Below, one piece after another: positions 26,106-30,389 of a DNA stretch of 30,389 bases (position 1 is the stretch's first letter; the number at the start of each line of letters is the position of its first letter). The position numbers and the translations under genes were made by a program. The notes beneath the pieces are model-generated. The model had not been told where the DNA came from. It saw only the letters and a list, made by a program, of their open reading frames with translations, and did no database searches. Origin of the DNA: Planctomycetota bacterium (GTDB lineage: Bacteria; Planctomycetota; Planctomycetia; Pirellulales; Pirellulaceae); contig JBJTQD010000859.1 of assembly GCA_046075445.1 (NCBI GenBank), positions 1-30,389 of the forward strand, written 5' to 3'.

Positions 26106-27443
26106 ATGAAGTTGAAACCCTCAAATTGCCGGGAAATGTTTGGCGGCTGGCGTCTGTTCCGTGACTTGCCTGCCTTCCTGTTGGCTCTAGCCAGCTCGTT
26201 TGGGATTTCACAAACGGTCTCGGCTCAGGAAACGACTGCTCAGCCGGTCTCGGTCAACACCGACTGGACTCAGTGGCGCGGGCCAGACCGAACGAGCCAA
26301 CTGAAGTCAGACATTTTGTCCAACCAAGCCAACCTGGATAACCTCGAGCGGAAATGGCGAGTCGAAGTCGACGCGAGCTATTCGGGTCCGATCGTTGCCG
26401 GCAAGCGGGTTTTTGTGACGGAGACCAAGGATCGGAAGTTCGAAGTCGTGCGTTGCTTGGACCGCGAGACGGGCAAGCAAATCTGGGAAGCCCAGTGGGA
26501 AGGCGCGATGAAAGTGCCGTTCTTCGCGGCGGCTAACGGCAACTGGATCCGCTCCACTCCGACCTACGACGACGGCCTGCTGTTTGTCTGTGGAATGAGG
26601 GACGTTTTGGTTTGCTTGAATGCCGAAACTGGAGAGCAGGTTTGGAAAATCAACTTCCCCGAGCAGTATGAAACCAAGCTGCCCGATTTCGGATACGTTT
26701 CGTCTCCTTTGGTTGACGGAGAAGACCTCTATACCCAAGCGGGAAGCGCTGTCTTCAAGCTTAACAAGCGAACCGGAGAGCTTAAGTGGCGTGGCATGCA
26801 AGTTGCCGAGAACATGATGTCGGGCGGCGCTTTTAGCAGCCCAATCATTGCGAATCTCCATGGTGTACGCCAAATCGTTGTTCAGTCTCGCGAGGAACTG
26901 GCTGGATTGAATATGGAAACGGGTGATGTCCTCTGGCGTCAATCAGTTCCTAACTTCCGCGGCATGAACATTCTCACTCCGCTGGTGATTGGCAATCGGA
27001 TCTTCACCAGCACCTACCAGGGCGGCACTTTCCTGTACGACATCAAGAAAGATGGCGACAAGTGGAGCGTCCAGCAACTGTGGAAGCAATCGACCCAAGG
27101 TTACATGTCGTCACCAGTTGTGATTGGCAACCACGTCTACTTGCACCTGCGGAATCAGCGGTTCACTTGCATTGATCTTGAGACTGGCAAGTCAACTTGG
27201 ATCTCGGAACCATTCGGGCAGTACTGGAGCATGGTTGCCGCTGGTGACCGCATCTTGGCACTCGACGAACAGGGCGACTTGCTGCTCATCAAGGCGTCTC
27301 CAGAGAAGTTTGAACTACTTGGGAAGCAGCACCTATCTGATGAATCGACTTGGGCGCACGTCGGCTTTGTCGACCGCGAAGTCTTCGTTCGCGAGCTAAA
27401 TGCGATGAGCGTTTACACTCTGTCCGTCCCGAAGGCTCAGTAA
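26106..27443 (+). CDS. Exported PQQ-like beta-propeller repeat protein (BamB-like family)
   Basis: Signal-like N-terminus; WTQWRGPDR; repeated CLDxxTGxxxW and SSP motifs. Confidence 0.88.
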   Translation: MKLKPSNCREMFGGWRLFRDLPAFLLALASSFGISQTVSAQETTAQPVSVNTDWTQWRGPDRTSQLKSDILSNQANLDNLERKWRVEVDASYSGPIVAGKRVFVTETKDRKFEVVRCLDRETGKQIWEAQWEGAMKVPFFAAANGNWIRSTPTYDDGLLFVCGMRDVLVCLNAETGEQVWKINFPEQYETKLPDFGYVSSPLVDGEDLYTQAGSAVFKLNKRTGELKWRGMQVAENMMSGGAFSSPIIANLHGVRQIVVQSREELAGLNMETGDVLWRQSVPNFRGMNILTPLVIGNRIFTSTYQGGTFLYDIKKDGDKWSVQQLWKQSTQGYMSSPVVIGNHVYLHLRNQRFTCIDLETGKSTWISEPFGQYWSMVAAGDRILALDEQGDLLLIKASPEKFELLGKQHLSDESTWAHVGFVDREVFVRELNAMSVYTLSVPKAQ

Positions 27444-27565
27444 CCAAAACCAGCCGAAGTCGCAGCAATTTCAGCGGGATACTGCTAAAGTTCCCCGAGG
27501 TTTTGGCTGCTACCAAAACATCTCCCTGGGCCCAACATGTGAGTTTGGGCAATTCAGGTCAACCC

Positions 27566-27598
27566 AAGGCAGTCCGCCTCGTGCGGGCTGCCTTTTTT
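27566..27598 (+). terminator. Rho-independent terminator after the propeller gene
   Basis: aaggcagtccgc-ctcgt-gcgggctgcctt followed by a T run. Confidence 0.88.
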
Positions 27599-27804
27599 GT
27601 TTTCTGGCTCGTAGGCGATTTACCTAATCAATCGTGTTCGGGAACGATTCGATTTCATTTGATTTGTTTCGGACCCGCTGAGAATTTGTAGCTCAACGTG
27701 TATCATGGAGGGACTGAGCAATTTGGCTGTGCTGGTTCTTGAGTGACCACCCCTGAATTGCAGCTCCTGTCTGCTCCCGTTCCCAACTCACTCCAAGCCG
27801 AATA

Positions 27805-28698
27805 ATGGCATCTCTCCGCTCTTTTTTTGCACCCAAGCGACTGGCTATTTCTTTCGAACTGTTTCCTCCCAAGACAGCCAAAGGGGAGGATAACATGTAC
27901 GAGCATGTCTCGAGATTGATGGCTTACTCTCCCGATTTTGTTACCTGCACCTACGGGGCGGGTGGTTCGACTCGGGACAAGACGCTGGAGATTATCGACC
28001 GAGTAAAACGACGATTCGGTCTTCCGGTCGCTTCTCACCTGACGTGCGTCGGCAGTTCACAAGCTGAACTTCGGGCCTATTTGACGAAAGCCAAATCGCA
28101 GGGTGTTGACTACATTGTTGCTCTTCGCGGGGATCCGCCGCAGGGGGAGACCGATTTCCGTCCCGTTCCGGGTGGTTTGAGTCACGCCAATGAACTGGTC
28201 AGTCTGATCCGCAGCGAATTTCCCGAGTTCGGGATTTTAGTTGCTGGCTATCCGGAAACGCATCGTGAAGCGCCCAGTCGCGAGATCGACTTGGCGAACT
28301 TGAAACGTAAAGTTGCCGCTGGGGCAGACGTTGTGGTGACTCAGCTGTTTTATGACAACGCGGACTTTTTCCGTTTCCGCGATGATTGCCAGCGACTGGG
28401 CATAAATTGCCCGGTTGTTCCGGGACTACTACCTATTCTGAGCCTCCACCAGATTGAGCGAATCACTTCGCTGTGTGCCGCGGGGTTGCCGGATGCCTTG
28501 ATTGCTCGACTGCGTGAACACGACTCCCCCGAGTGGCATTTCCGCGTCGGAGTGGAGTGGGCGATTGAACAATGTCGGGGGTTGATTGAAGCCGGTGTGC
28601 CCGGATTGCATTTCTATGTATTGAATCAATCGCCAGCAACGCTTGAAATCCTCGAGTCTCTGGGCGTAGCCGAAACAAGGTCGACAAAAGGAAACTAA
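27805..28698 (+). CDS. metF: 5,10-methylenetetrahydrofolate reductase
   Basis: ISFELFPPKT, VTCTYGAGGSTR, SHLTCVG, ALRGDPP, VAGYPETH, VTQLFYDN, GLHFYVLN. Confidence 0.96.
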   Translation: MASLRSFFAPKRLAISFELFPPKTAKGEDNMYEHVSRLMAYSPDFVTCTYGAGGSTRDKTLEIIDRVKRRFGLPVASHLTCVGSSQAELRAYLTKAKSQGVDYIVALRGDPPQGETDFRPVPGGLSHANELVSLIRSEFPEFGILVAGYPETHREAPSREIDLANLKRKVAAGADVVVTQLFYDNADFFRFRDDCQRLGINCPVVPGLLPILSLHQIERITSLCAAGLPDALIARLREHDSPEWHFRVGVEWAIEQCRGLIEAGVPGLHFYVLNQSPATLEILESLGVAETRSTKGN

Positions 28699-28700
28699 AA

Positions 28701-30167
28701 ATGAAAACCGCAAACAAACCGATTCGATGGCTTCTGTTTTTGGCTTGTCAAACAGTCCTGATGTCATGCTCGTTCACTGCGGGGTTTGCGCAGGAACTGA
28801 CACCACCTTCAAGTACTCCGGGGAATCCGCCCGCGGCAGGCTCGCCCCAAGCAGACCAAGCTGACAATCCTAACCGGACTGCCTTGGTCGAACGCCTGAC
28901 GGATGAAATCGCAGCCCTCACTCCCGGCAATCTCAAGCAACCTGACACCTTGCGGGGAGAGGTCTCAGCAGCGATCTCTTTGATGCTTGACAACAAAGTT
29001 GCGGATGCCGAGGGAAAGCTTGATGCTTTGCGAAAGACTTACCCTCAACTGCCCCCCATGCAACTTTGCACGGCTGCTGTTTATTTTGCAGTCAACAACG
29101 GCACCGAAGGATTGCGGCTTTTAGAAGAAACGGCGATCGCCCATCCCGATTTACCGACTGTGTACACCGCTTTCTCTCGACTTGCGATTGCTCAGCGACG
29201 AAAGACCGACGCCTTGGCGCTGCTCGATGCGGCTCGGGCCAAAATCGACAAAGGAACTTGGTCCGAAGAAGAGAAGTCGCACTTCGAACTTGCGTGGCTT
29301 GATGCTACGGCCGACTTGATGATGTTGCGAATGGACTACGCAGAGGCTCGTAAATTTCTTGACCAACTGTTGGTTCGCCGACCAGATGACGCTCGTTCCG
29401 TAATGCGACTTGCTGAAGTCGAGTTTGCACAGGACAACGAGATTGCCTGCCTTGAGCGCCTGCGAAAATTCTCGGAGCTGACTCCAGGACGGCCTTCTCC
29501 CGAGTTGATGATGGCGACTTTGCTTGCCGCGAGCAAGCGAGCCCAACAGGCCGATGAGTGGGTAGAAAAAGCCCGCCAAGCTCAACCGGAAGAACCAAAA
29601 GTGCTGCTCGATTATGCGAGTTGGATGTTGGACCGCGAAAAATTCACCGAGTCAGGCAACGCGTTGGATGCTTTGGAAAAGCTCAGCCCGGGAAAGCCAG
29701 AAGTCAAATTACTGCGGGCGAAAATCGCCTTCATCAACCGCGACTACGTTTCTTCGGAAAAAATGCTTGGCGAGTTGCGAGTCAGTGAGCCGGGACGGCC
29801 TGACATCGCCAACCTTTGGGCAATGGCTTTGGCTGAAAACCCTCAGGCTGACAAGCGGCAACAAGCTGTTGAGGTCGCCGCTCAAAACGCGCAACTCCAA
29901 CCCGAAAATGCGATTGCCGCAGCCATTTTGGGGTGGACCCTCTTCCGCCAAAATGAGCTCAAGCAAGCCGGCGAATGGTTTGGCCGCGCGTCTCAAAGCC
30001 AGCGGTTGACCCCGGAGATGGCTTATTTCATGGCGAAGTTCTTCCAAGCCGCTGGGCAGAAGGAACAAGCTTTGAAATTGGTGACTCAAGCCCTGGAACA
30101 GCCCGGCCTGTTTCTCTATCGCAGCACCGCCCGCGATCTGCGGAAAGAACTGCTGGGTGAAAAGTAA
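28701..30167 (+). CDS. Exported TPR-repeat protein
   Basis: Signal-like N-terminus, Pro-rich linker, then TPR-like helical repeats; starts 2 nt after the metF stop. Confidence 0.82.
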   Translation: MKTANKPIRWLLFLACQTVLMSCSFTAGFAQELTPPSSTPGNPPAAGSPQADQADNPNRTALVERLTDEIAALTPGNLKQPDTLRGEVSAAISLMLDNKVADAEGKLDALRKTYPQLPPMQLCTAAVYFAVNNGTEGLRLLEETAIAHPDLPTVYTAFSRLAIAQRRKTDALALLDAARAKIDKGTWSEEEKSHFELAWLDATADLMMLRMDYAEARKFLDQLLVRRPDDARSVMRLAEVEFAQDNEIACLERLRKFSELTPGRPSPELMMATLLAASKRAQQADEWVEKARQAQPEEPKVLLDYASWMLDREKFTESGNALDALEKLSPGKPEVKLLRAKIAFINRDYVSSEKMLGELRVSEPGRPDIANLWAMALAENPQADKRQQAVEVAAQNAQLQPENAIAAAILGWTLFRQNELKQAGEWFGRASQSQRLTPEMAYFMAKFFQAAGQKEQALKLVTQALEQPGLFLYRSTARDLRKELLGEK

Positions 30168-30280
30168 TTGCACTTGGGCGGTTCGTTAATTGCCCAAAGC
30201 TGCGAGACAAGTGATTTCTGCGGGCTGATTCTCTGAGAGTCAGCTCCCGACGAGGGCACTACGGGGAGCGCTACACTGGC

Positions 30281-30389
30281 TCAGTCGTCCGATGAACGGG
30301 ATTCGTCCCAACGAGCTGGGAACGCAGCAACTGAGACGGCTGCTAGACCAGCGGCTGTTGGGACGACCATGCCCCACTGGAAAGCCGAT
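30281..30389 (-). CDS. Possible 3' end of a gene running off the window
   Basis: Open frame ...SAFQWGMVVPTAAGLAAVSVAAFPARWDESRSSDD* resembles a TM helix with a charged tail; too short to verify. Confidence 0.3.
   Translation of the reverse strand, partial: SAFQWGMVVPTAAGLAAVSVAAFPARWDESRSSDD

Noticed and set aside
27600-27805. SAM/SAH riboswitch upstream of metF
   Set aside because: No SAM-I, SAM-II or SAH consensus recognisable by eye; only a covariance scan could exclude divergent variants.
30240-30365. Hairpins near the window end (cgtcccaac/gttgggacg; GGGGAGCG resembling ZTP or SAH riboswitches)
   Set aside because: Remaining consensus elements are absent, no downstream gene in the right orientation is visible, and the region may be the end of a minus-strand CDS.
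1-30389. rRNA, tRNA, IS elements, integrases or prophage genes
   Set aside because: No T-loop GTTCRA tRNA context, rRNA signature, transposase or integrase motif, or terminal inverted repeats found.

Overview
Gene-dense chromosomal window, most likely from a planctomycete of the Pirellulales type. This is inferred from an LExRxLLA-type export motif, a PEP-CTERM protein, a PQQ-type propeller, a eukaryote-like kinase and a planctomycete-style RpoD. About 20 complete CDS. In order: ~1.7 kb with no convincing gene; RpoD-like sigma70; Ski2/HelY-like helicase; Ser/Thr kinase with a degenerate receiver domain; a multi-stem RNA-like element; a small helical protein; a 944-aa exported protein; a PEP-CTERM / AlkP-TPR / sulfotransferase cassette; a stand-alone rplX with its own promoter and terminator; a divergent PfkB kinase / class I aldolase-like pair; an RTX-repeat zinc peptidase; a five-gene lipid-modification operon (FAD oxidoreductase, DUF1365, Cfa, DUF1295, second methyltransferase); a PQQ-type propeller; metF; and a TPR protein. 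No rRNA, tRNA, CRISPR array or mobile element was recognised. Best leads are the PEP-CTERM sulfation-like cassette, the furan-fatty-acid-like operon, a possible 6S-like RNA at ~7964-8131 and the orphan rplX. All family calls come from motifs read by eye; no database searches were run.
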